From: Puniceicoccales bacterium
Lineage (GTDB): Bacteria > Verrucomicrobiota > Verrucomicrobiia > Opitutales > JAIRLG01
Assembly: GCA_031279255.1 (NCBI GenBank)
Contig: JAITIW010000043.1
Span: forward strand, 1 to 11,999
Length of the DNA: 11,999 nucleotides
Direction: 5' to 3'
Shown: piece after piece, positions 1-6,867 of the stretch
Layout: each line of letters begins with the position of its first letter
How positions within the stretch are numbered: position 1 is the first letter of the stretch
Translations under genes and position numbers: made by a program
The notes under the pieces: generated by a model
Told to the model about the DNA's origin: nothing
Seen by the model: the letters and a program-made list of their open reading frames with translations, nothing else
Databases searched by the model: none

Positions 1-2
1 TA

Positions 3-1154
3 GAACTTCAGATTTTGGCTGAACATTCAGCTCGTTTCGCCAATCAAAGCCAGGCCAAAATTTGGGCTCTGCGCGTGCTTTCCTGGATCGGCAGTGTGGT
101 GACGCTCGGTGCTTTACCAAGGCTGGCACAGCTCATCGCCCCCAAGAGTGACTTTACCGATTCACTCTCGCGCTACCTCTTGGGCAATGGCCCTGAGGTC
201 GACAAAGACAAACTGAAAAATTTCAGCATGCTCTTCGAGAAATTTCAGAACTTGAATACGTTATTGGCAAGTGAAAATCTTACTGATGGTGATAAGGTGA
301 GGATCTCAAGCGGCCTCTATTCAAATGGTTCTACGAAAGACACGATGACACCAGAGGCTCAAACTGTTTTTGAGCAAGCTTTCCCAGTTTATCAGGAGAT
401 TAATCGCCTCATTTTTGATCTCGGTACGCCAAAGGAAATCTCTGGCCAAGAAATAGCTCATGCTATAGCTGAAAATTTTAAGAACATCTATGGAGAAGGA
501 AGAAAAGCTGCTCCAGGAAGCACTGATCCTCACTTCAATATCAATTGGGAAACAGCTATTACAAGCGATATTTTTGATCAAGCTGAACCGAAATTCCCAG
601 CTGCGTGTAAGGTTGAAGTAGACATGATGTTGCGCAGCGATTTCAAACTGTCTATTGGAAATAAAAGTATTACTAGAGGTGAACTGTGGGAAGGGACAAG
701 TACGGCAGATGAAAAAGCAACGAATACTAGACGCTGGATTCTAGGTGCTATCCAAGAACTTACTAATAACAAAGGCCAGCAAGTCGCTATTCTCAGAAAC
801 TTTTTAAGTACATGCATAGGACAAGCTACGAATGCAGACACTAGAATAGCCTTTATGGCGCACGCACGCGACGAGCATGGATCACTTGATGTCACTCAAC
901 CCAATAGTATTTTTTATGGTGTTACCATAGATATGCATGGGTCGTGCCATATTGAGAATACGGCAAGTTACAGTCAATGTGCATTTTCACCTCCGGATGA
1001 TCCTGCGAGTGTCATTTACGTTCCAAGCAACATCCGAATGACAGTAGCCTACGAAAGCTCATTGGAGGATTTTATAAATGATCGGCCGCCGCATGCTATC
1101 GAGGATCAATGCACTGTCTCAGGGCGTTGTCTTGATGTGAGCGCTATGATGTAG
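3..1154 (+). CDS. hypothetical protein, 5'-partial (frame open to the window edge)
   Basis: The long ORF stops at 1152-1154, and its frame has no stop back to base 3, so the TTG at 15 need not be the start. One hydrophobic segment (IWALRVLSWIGSVVTLGALP) lies near the visible N-terminus. I recognise no family motif. Confidence 0.55.
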   Translation, partial: ELQILAEHSARFANQSQAKIWALRVLSWIGSVVTLGALPRLAQLIAPKSDFTDSLSRYLLGNGPEVDKDKLKNFSMLFEKFQNLNTLLASENLTDGDKVRISSGLYSNGSTKDTMTPEAQTVFEQAFPVYQEINRLIFDLGTPKEISGQEIAHAIAENFKNIYGEGRKAAPGSTDPHFNINWETAITSDIFDQAEPKFPAACKVEVDMMLRSDFKLSIGNKSITRGELWEGTSTADEKATNTRRWILGAIQELTNNKGQQVAILRNFLSTCIGQATNADTRIAFMAHARDEHGSLDVTQPNSIFYGVTIDMHGSCHIENTASYSQCAFSPPDDPASVIYVPSNIRMTVAYESSLEDFINDRPPHAIEDQCTVSGRCLDVSAMM

Positions 1155-1228
1155 CGCGAGAAAACATGCCGATGGAATAAATCCTTGCCAATCTTCGGCT
1201 CGCCACAAGCATACGGATCATCGCGGAG

Positions 1229-1304
<76 letters not shown>

Positions 1305-1366
1305 AGAGCGATACCAACTTGATATCGAAGTGACATTTTAACTTCGAGTTCGTGATATTCCGATGC

Positions 1367-1441
1367 GTCCTCATAGTTCAATGGATAGAACCGCGGTTTC
1401 CTAAACCGTTAATCTCAGTTCGAGTCTGGGTGGGGGCACCA
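1367..1441 (+). tRNA. tRNA-Arg (anticodon CCU), CCA encoded
   Basis: Acceptor GTCCTCA/TGGGGGC (two G-U pairs), D stem GTTC/GAAC, anticodon stem GCGGT/ACCGT with loop TTCCTAA, T arm CTCAG-TTCGAGT-CTGGG, then A and CCA. Confidence 0.85.
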
Positions 1442-1692
1442 GATTGGGTAGTGCTCAAGATGAACAGGGGGTGTACAGTGTAATTTTCGCGAATATCATG
1501 TAAAAGGGAGTGATGGAGCAAATCTGGAAAGATAAAACTCCTGAATCGCATGTATTTCTCACATTTATTTTATCAACCGCGCCATAAAACACCGTCGTTT
1601 ACGTCGGAGATATGAGCTGTTCCGGATTTTTAATACGGCTATCAATACACTCTCTCAAAAATGATTTTTTTTGAAAGATAGTTGTGAAAATA

Positions 1693-1837
1693 AAGGGTGT
1701 CATCAAAATCAGGCAGCAATCTTTTCGCCTTATTCCACAATTCATCTGATAGGCCGTACCTCTTATGTGTCCTTTTCTCCATTCTCTTCATCTTCTTTTC
1801 TTTTTTCTTTGTTAATCTTTTATTTGACGACGCCCTC
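1693..1837 (-). mobile_element. 145-bp MITE-like deletion derivative of an IS5/IS427-type insertion sequence (copy A)
   Basis: The terminal inverted repeats are AAGGGTGTCATCAAAA (1693-1708) and GAGGGCGTCGTCAAAT (reverse complement of 1822-1837), matching 12/16. TA flanks both ends (1691-1692, 1838-1839). The minus strand encodes M-EKRTHKRYGLSDELWNKAKRLLPD, which fits the L(S/T)DE.W..I.PLLP N-terminal motif of DUF4096-type IS5 transposases, then runs into the IR. It is roughly 80-85% identical by eye to 6002-6147. Confidence 0.75.
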
Positions 1838-1839
1838 TA

Positions 1840-2171
1840 AGGCGTCCCACCTATATAAATGTATCTGTAGTGGGTATCAGATTCCGTTGAGGCTTAAATA
1901 ATGGACGACTCCGTGAAGCAGGAATCAATTTCTTAAATTGGGAATTCTTGTCCTTTGGGGTGGAGAGGATGTCGTCCTATGCCAAAAGGATGAGAATGGC
2001 AATCCATCGGCACCTTGGAGGATGTCGTTGAATATATCATTGCAAATACTTTCCCAAAAATGAAAATATGGCATTCCGTTTTCACTCGATACTTTAAAAA
2101 CATTCGCTCCTTTGTCTCGGTATTTCATGTCCGCTATCTTTCTTTGGACCGCCTGATCTGATGACACCCTC
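1840..2171 (+). pseudogene. internally deleted, frameshifted IS5/IS427-type IS copy (transposase C-terminal relic plus right IR)
   Basis: The frame from 1891 reads GLNNGRLREAGINF...SSYAKR. The frame from 1994 reads EWQSIGTLEDVVEYIIANTFPKMKIWHSVFTRYFKNIRSFVSVFHVRYLSLDRLI*. The stretch TFPKMKIWHSVFTRYFKNIRSF aligns with the canonical IS5-family C-terminus (ERTFNRLKxFRRIATRYEKxAxNYL). The right end CCGCCTGATCTGATGACACCCTC (2149-2171) matches the right IR of copies A and B at about 22/24 and is followed by TA (2172-2173). A possible degenerate left IR sits at 1840-1848 (aGGCGTCcc). Confidence 0.65.
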
Positions 2172-2191
2172 TAGCTTTCTTTCTGAAAAAA

Positions 2192-2268
2192 TGGTGGGAG
2201 ATAGTGGACTCGAACCGCTGACTTCCTGCGTGTGAAGCAGGCGCTCTAACCAACTGAGCTAATCCCCC
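2192..2268 (-). tRNA. tRNA-Val (anticodon CAC), CCA encoded
   Basis: The reverse complement folds as GGGGGAT-TA-GCTC-AGTTGGTTA-GAGC-G-CCTGC-TTCACAC-GCAGG-AAGTC-AGCGG-TTCGAGT-CCACT-ATCTCCC-A-CCA. There is one C-A mismatch in the T stem and one G-U in the acceptor. Confidence 0.85.
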
Positions 2269-2460
2269 TTAGAGCTGTTCAAAGCTAGAGTTTTAAACTA
2301 GCTTCCTTTAGCATGGGAAATTTTTTTTGAGAAAGCGGCAATCGTTTTTTGAAAAAATAAAAAAGAAGAAAAAATTGTCCTGATGCTGACTCTCGTTATC
2401 ACGTTTTAACCCCTATCGCATTTCCTCATTCTTCATTTTTTAAGTACTCAAAATCTTTCG

Positions 2461-2801
2461 CTAATACGTTCGATCTAAAATAGCCGACGGAGCAGCTACA
2501 GAAGGAACTGCAACCTTTTGGTTCTCCAGTAGTACTTCACGCGAATCGGTTGCTGTGACAGCTGCGGAAGGGGAGCCGGTATTTGGGGCTTCCGGAGGGC
2601 ACTCCGCTTGGAATGGGTGGTAGAGGAGCCGTCGAGGGAGTATCGGCCTTTTGAGCTGCCAGAGCGGCCGCATTTGGAGCACTTGGTGGAACGGCTACAG
2701 AAGGGAAACCAGCATTTTGAGCTCCTGGAGCTACTCCGCTTAGAACAGCTGGCAGAGGAGTTGTGGAAGAAGAACCGATATTTGAAGTTTCCAGAGGAAT
2801 T
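2461..2801 (-). pseudogene. possible frameshifted C-terminal extension of the 344-aa ORF (Pro/Ala/Ser-rich repeats in the other two minus frames)
   Basis: Related peptide units appear in three frames. PDAPQADFSAAVPP ends the 2802..3836 frame. APGAQNAGFPSVAVPP and SAPNAAALAAQKADTPS lie in the 2537..2854 frame. PEAPNTGSPSAAVTA and LENQKVAVPSVAAPS lie in the 2461..2682 frame. The matching nucleotide units sit near 2817, 2686, 2640, 2555 and 2489. Confidence 0.4.
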
Positions 2802-3836
2802 TCACTTGGTATCAGTTGGCGGAACAGCTGCAGAAAAATCGGCCTGTGGGGCATCTGGAACCGCAGAACCTTTCTTTAATTTATTTTTCGAAGATAATAC
2901 TTCTTCCTCTTCACAGACACTTAAGGCAATGCTGGGCCATAGGACATTTGTCTTGAAAGCTTCGGAACGTCTCGCTCCGCTCTTGCGGTACATCGATGGT
3001 GCAGCGATGCCGATGACTTCTAAAGTCCCACCGCCTAGAAAAAAGCCAGGGAAATATGACAGTAAAAGACGTTCGCAGACCAATTTTTGGTGATGTAGCC
3101 AAGGCTGACTTCCGACCAGAAGAACTCGCCATGAGTTGCTACCTTGTTGAATTTTTAGCCAATGGACCCACGAAGCCATGACGTCGTTTGTGTCAAAACT
3201 CTGTAGAGACACGCTCTTTGGGATATCAGGAGTAATGGTATTGACGAATTCGCATTTGAGATGAGAAGGCACAATCCCATCCCAAAGATAACGGGCAGCA
3301 CTGGATTCTGTGGGACTACATCCTTTTTCTTTCAATTCCTGGATGAAGCCTTTGCCATCATAGACTTTCAGTGGCCTCTCGTTGGTTAAAAAGCATATTT
3401 TAGGTGTGCCTCGAATCCATTGTTTACGGAAACAGCTGAGTACTAAATGGATACGATCCCGCATACCGGGAATGGTTCCTCCCATGATGATGATGCAGTG
3501 AAAGGACTCGGGAGCGTGAAGAGAAACTTCATCGATCCATCCGAACTTTCCACTGAGGTCATAGAGGTCTTCGGGGGCACAGAGGATACCTGGATCGCAA
3601 TTCGGTTCTTCCCAGATGTCTTGATTAGAATTTGGAGAGCGATTCTGAGCATATCGCATGAAGCCAGTAGGTGTAATATCTTTCTCCAAATTCAGGCATC
3701 GGACCATCGCTTTCCCAAATTCCGTGAATTCAAAAGACAACGGATCACTGCAGGATATGGTGAAAAACGGCTCAGCGTAGATAAACGGCCCTATCAAAAA
3801 GCTGAGTAAGCAAAGATAAAATATTCGGTAACGCAT
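2802..3836 (-). CDS. secreted/periplasmic hypothetical protein, weak DUF218 (YdcF/SanA/ElyC-like) pattern
   Basis: A signal-peptide-like N-terminus (MRYRIFYLCLLSFLIGPFIYA) is present. Four blocks occur in the DUF218 order: CIIIMGGT...R, TESSAARYLW, DTNDVMASWVHWL and RVLLVGSQPWLHHQKL. It lies 39 nt downstream of mreC on the same strand. The family call rests on motif memory only. Confidence 0.7.
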   Translation of the reverse strand: MRYRIFYLCLLSFLIGPFIYAEPFFTISCSDPLSFEFTEFGKAMVRCLNLEKDITPTGFMRYAQNRSPNSNQDIWEEPNCDPGILCAPEDLYDLSGKFGWIDEVSLHAPESFHCIIIMGGTIPGMRDRIHLVLSCFRKQWIRGTPKICFLTNERPLKVYDGKGFIQELKEKGCSPTESSAARYLWDGIVPSHLKCEFVNTITPDIPKSVSLQSFDTNDVMASWVHWLKIQQGSNSWRVLLVGSQPWLHHQKLVCERLLLSYFPGFFLGGGTLEVIGIAAPSMYRKSGARRSEAFKTNVLWPSIALSVCEEEEVLSSKNKLKKGSAVPDAPQADFSAAVPPTDTK

Positions 3837-3875
3837 GACTGTACCGAAGAAGATTTAAAAATGTCAATCGTCAAT

Positions 3876-4769
3876 CTACGATTGGACGGGTGAATTAATT
3901 TTTTTCTCAATTGCGTCATCTCTTTCGGTTTCATGATCGGGAATGAGTACGATCACTTCTTTTAAGGATTGGATTTCGGGAAAGAGCTGGACAAAAGTCT
4001 CTGAGTACTGTTGAGGGTTCGTAGTGAAAGATGAAGTTGTACCATAGTATATTCCATCCGGAAACGTCCCGCTGAGTTCAGAGGAGACGATTTTCAGCTT
4101 ATGGGTCATGATGTCATGAATATCGAGAGGACATTGTGATATTTTCCCTTGGGGGACTTTAAGAGACCAAGGAACTAAGGTTTGGCCTTCATACAGAAAG
4201 GGTCGCATATCTCCTTCCACATGGACGACAGAACGAAAATCGGGACTGGTGATCAGTTCCACCGTAGCACTGTGGCGAGAGACGTGGTGGATTTTCCCAA
4301 CGACTCCATGAGGGCAGATGACGCCCAGGCCTTCTGCGATGCCATCGTCACTTCCCTTGTCGATTTGGATCGCATTCCACCACCACTGAACATCGCGCCG
4401 AAGTACTCGGGCATAGACGTAGCGAAAATGTCGATTTTGTTCCATCGATAAAAAGAGTCCCAGACGCTCCAGCATCTGCTCTTCATAATTTTGTTCCTGG
4501 AGAAGATAGGCATAATACTGACACTGTCGGCGCAGTTTTTCGTTTTCCTGCAGAAGGATCTGCTGTCCGGTCAATCTTGGCCAGATATTCGCCAAAAAGT
4601 GAATGGTTTGGTGGAAAAACTTGTGGACACAAATACTCCCTTCGAAGGGAATTTTGAGCACAAAGGAAAACAAAAATATCAGCGTTCCGGCAGCGCTGTA
4701 TAAGAGAAAATGTCGGTATCGGGAAAGAAAGTTTTTGGACGAGAATCCATCTCTTATTCGTCTAACCAT
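3876..4769 (-). CDS. mreC: rod shape-determining protein MreC
   Basis: The protein has an N-terminal TM segment, a coiled-coil (LQENEKLRRQCQYYAYLLQEQNYEEQMLERL) and an MreC beta-barrel signature (ARVLRRDVQWWWNAIQIDKGSDDGIAEGLGVICPHGVVGKIHHVSRHSATVELITSPDF). I chose the ATG at 4769 (MVRRIRDGF...) over the ORF-track start at 4871, which would overlap mreB by 118 nt. The chosen start overlaps the mreB stop by 16 nt. Confidence 0.8.
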   Translation of the reverse strand: MVRRIRDGFSSKNFLSRYRHFLLYSAAGTLIFLFSFVLKIPFEGSICVHKFFHQTIHFLANIWPRLTGQQILLQENEKLRRQCQYYAYLLQEQNYEEQMLERLGLFLSMEQNRHFRYVYARVLRRDVQWWWNAIQIDKGSDDGIAEGLGVICPHGVVGKIHHVSRHSATVELITSPDFRSVVHVEGDMRPFLYEGQTLVPWSLKVPQGKISQCPLDIHDIMTHKLKIVSSELSGTFPDGIYYGTTSSFTTNPQQYSETFVQLFPEIQSLKEVIVLIPDHETERDDAIEKKINSPVQS

Positions 4770-5797
4770 AGACCGAGATCTTGTAGGACAGTCCCCGTTC
4801 CATTGGCCACAGCCTTCAAAGGATCCTCCGAAGCTATCACTGGGAGTCCTGTCGCATCGCGTAGGAGACAATCCAGTTTGCGAATGAGCGAACCGCCTCC
4901 AGCCAATACGATGCCACGGTCGACGAGATCGGAAGAAAGTTCAGGTGGACAGAGCTCAAGAGCGCTTCGAATGCTCTCGATGATCGCTGCGAGAGGATCT
5001 TGAATGGCCTCACGAATTTCGACAGAATTAATGAGAATTGTTTTGGGTAAACCGACGATGCTGTCGCGTCCCTTGATGTTCATGGAAAGTTCTTGGGATA
5101 AAGGTGCGGCTGAACCGATCGTGATCTTGATCTCTTCAGCGGTACGTTCACCAATGATAAGCCCATATTTTTTCTTAATGTAATCGATGATGGTATTGTC
5201 TATTTCGTCACCGCCTACGCGGATGCTTTTGGAAAACACCACACCATTGAGCGATAGAATAGCCACTTCCGTCGTCCCACCGCCGATGTCGACGATCATA
5301 TTGGCAGCTGGTTCATCGATGGGAAGGCCGACTCCGATCGCTGCGGCCATCGGTTCTTGCAGGAGCAGTACATCTCTCGCACCGGCACGGATTGCCGATT
5401 CCTTGACCGCTCGACGTTCGACTTCCGTAATCCCAGACGGGACCGCAATGACGACACGTGGTGGTATGAATTCCATGACCCTTGCGGCTTTTTTAATAAA
5501 ATACCGCAGCATGGCCTCTGTGACCTCAAAATCGGCAATGACGCCATCTTTCATCGGCCGTAGGGCGATAATATTACCCGGCGTACGGCCCAGCATGCGC
5601 TTGGCTTCGATGCCAACGGCCCTCACTTTACGGGATTGGCTGTAGATGGCCACGACGCTGGGTTCATGAAGAACGATACCTCTGTCCTTGACGAAGACGA
5701 GTGTGTTGGCGGTACCGAGATCGATGCCGATATCATGGGATAAGAAACTAAAAATACGCCCTAGGAAACTTTTCGTTTGAGAAAGAAATCGCATCAT
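4754..5797 (-). CDS. mreB: rod shape-determining actin homologue MreB
   Basis: The full-length sequence carries MreB/actin motifs (DIGIDLGTANTLVFV, EPSVVAI, MIVDIGGGTTEVA, GIVLAGGGSL). Confidence 0.95.
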   Translation of the reverse strand: MMRFLSQTKSFLGRIFSFLSHDIGIDLGTANTLVFVKDRGIVLHEPSVVAIYSQSRKVRAVGIEAKRMLGRTPGNIIALRPMKDGVIADFEVTEAMLRYFIKKAARVMEFIPPRVVIAVPSGITEVERRAVKESAIRAGARDVLLLQEPMAAAIGVGLPIDEPAANMIVDIGGGTTEVAILSLNGVVFSKSIRVGGDEIDNTIIDYIKKKYGLIIGERTAEEIKITIGSAAPLSQELSMNIKGRDSIVGLPKTILINSVEIREAIQDPLAAIIESIRSALELCPPELSSDLVDRGIVLAGGGSLIRKLDCLLRDATGLPVIASEDPLKAVANGTGTVLQDLGLWLDE

Positions 5798-6001
5798 GGC
5801 AGTTTAGAAATGAACTTATGACAGATGATGTTTGCATCACTATGCATTTCGCTGACGGAACGGAAAAAAAGCTTCATGGCAAGTATCCATTTATGGTCTT
5901 TATGGAGGATGGCGTCAACAGTACACATCGCGGGAATGGTAAAATATAGTTGCCGATCAAAAGGATCACATCTCTCAGATCTGGAATTGTGGATGAAACC
6001 A

Positions 6002-6147
6002 GAGGGCATCATCAAATAAAAGGTTAACAAAGGAAAAAGAGAAGAAAATGGAGGGAATGGAGAAAATGACACACAGGAGATACAGATATACCAGATGAAT
6101 GGTGGAACAGGATGCAAAGATTGCTGCCTGATTTTGACGATACCCTT
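6002..6147 (+). mobile_element. 146-bp MITE-like IS5/IS427-type derivative (copy B), about 200 bp upstream of the mreB start
   Basis: The IRs are GAGGGCATCATCAAAT (6002-6017) and AAGGGTATCGTCAAAA (reverse complement of 6132-6147), matching 12/16. CA flanks the left end and TA (6148-6149) the right. The plus strand reads MEKMTHRRYR, then after a frameshift IPDEWWNRMQRLLPDFDDTL*, the same transposase leader as copy A. Confidence 0.75.
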
Positions 6148-6418
6148 TAGTTAAAGAAAAACGTAAAAACCATTCTCCCAGTGACGTTCACCCGAGCGTA
6201 CTTCCGACGCTCGAAGCAGTGTTGTTCATCCTAATCATCAAATTATTTATTGCCTGCCTACTCTCGTTCGCTTTATACTCCTTCAGGCACTTCCCATCTC
6301 CCTAAAAATTCACCTCCAATTACACCTAACTATGAAAAATTCACAATTATCAACCACTATCACCTGAAGGCGATAGTATCGCATAAACGCTTGAAAAGCA
6401 GATTAAAAACATAGAATG

Positions 6419-6775
6419 TCAGAAGTCTGATATTTGAAAATCTCCAGACGTATGATGCACCTCTTGATTTTCTATATATTCTTGAATACCTTTACTGCTC
6501 ACATTTCCCACAGTTACAGCAAAATATCCCTTAGCCCAGGGATGTGATCCCCAATATTTCTTCTTCAATATTTCAAATTCTTGTGGCAGCTTTCGGTTGC
6601 TCTTCCCCTTTATATATTGAACTATTTTAGAATTTCATGCCTCTACATTATACTGAAGTCTTCGCCTAAAGGCGAGGGTGTTTACCTTATTCCACTAAAC
6701 TACATAAAATGCTACGATCTCCCGAGTGAGATTCTATGATCTCTCGGCATCTGTGTGGCGGAAGAGGAGTTTTTT
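6419..6775 (-). pseudogene. decayed IS200/IS605-family Y1 transposase (tnpA) relic
   Basis: An unbroken minus frame at 6419-6634 reads NSKIVQYIKGKSNRKLPQEFEILKKKYWGSHPWAKGYFAVTVGNVSSKGIQEYIENQEVHH...*. This matches the TnpA C-terminal half (SxSKxVxxxKGxSSRxL..EF..LKKK.WG.H.W..gYF..T.G......I..YIENQ). Upstream, in another frame, REIIESHSGDRSILCSLVE* aligns with VEIIE..xxxDHIHxLxxxPP, but the HUH histidines are lost. About 37 extra nt, including the hairpin TCGCC-TAAA-GGCGA (6662-6675), interrupt the two halves. No start codon remains. The relic may extend toward 6865. Confidence 0.6.
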
Positions 6776-6867
6776 ATCCCATGAAGATCTACAGAAACTT
6801 TTTTCAAGGTGCGAGCATCCTCGAGGCTATTTATGGCATATCCACAAAATTTCTATAGAAACTTTTT

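Noticed and set aside
1325-1347. 7-bp hairpin TCGAAGT-(9 nt)-ACTTCGA between tRNA-Lys and tRNA-Arg
   Set aside because: It is most simply a processing or spacer structure within a tRNA co-transcript, and it is not unusual.
1693-1837. The idea that the 145-nt conserved module followed by divergent sequence is a TnpB/IscB omega-RNA scaffold plus guide, given the nearby IS200/IS605 relic
   Set aside because: The module has its own terminal inverted repeats, TA flanks and an IS5-type (DUF4096) transposase leader, so it belongs to a different IS family. No tnpB-like coding remnant is visible at 6150-6418.
1671-1901. 76-aa ORF, and the 107-aa ORF at 5794..6117(-), sharing a VSFSPF...FYL motif that looked like a small conserved protein family
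   Set aside because: The shared peptide comes from translating the same strand of the two MITE copies, antisense to the transposase leader through a polypyrimidine tract. The similarity stops exactly at the MITE boundaries.
1925-2167. 80-aa minus-strand ORF between the MITE and tRNA-Val
   Set aside because: It is antisense to the much better supported IS5-type transposase C-terminal relic on the plus strand. It starts with GTG inside the right IR and has no motif of its own.
2608-3093. 161-aa plus-strand ORF
   Set aside because: It is antisense to the 3' end of the 344-aa gene and its repeat tail. The open frame is a by-product of the repetitive, codon-biased opposite strand.
4182-5645. Numerous 60-150-aa ORFs nested in or antisense to mreC and mreB, and similarly inside glgA and prlC
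   Set aside because: All lie within well-supported conserved genes and show low-complexity or shadow-frame composition.
5800-6000. Possible second decayed transposase C-terminus (…AMKLFFRSVSEMHSDANIICHKF…) abutting the mreB start, mirroring the arrangement at copy A
   Set aside because: The resemblance to the LKxFRxIATRY motif is too weak: the TRY core is not conserved and no right IR is recognisable. I kept it only as a remark under the head-to-head finding.
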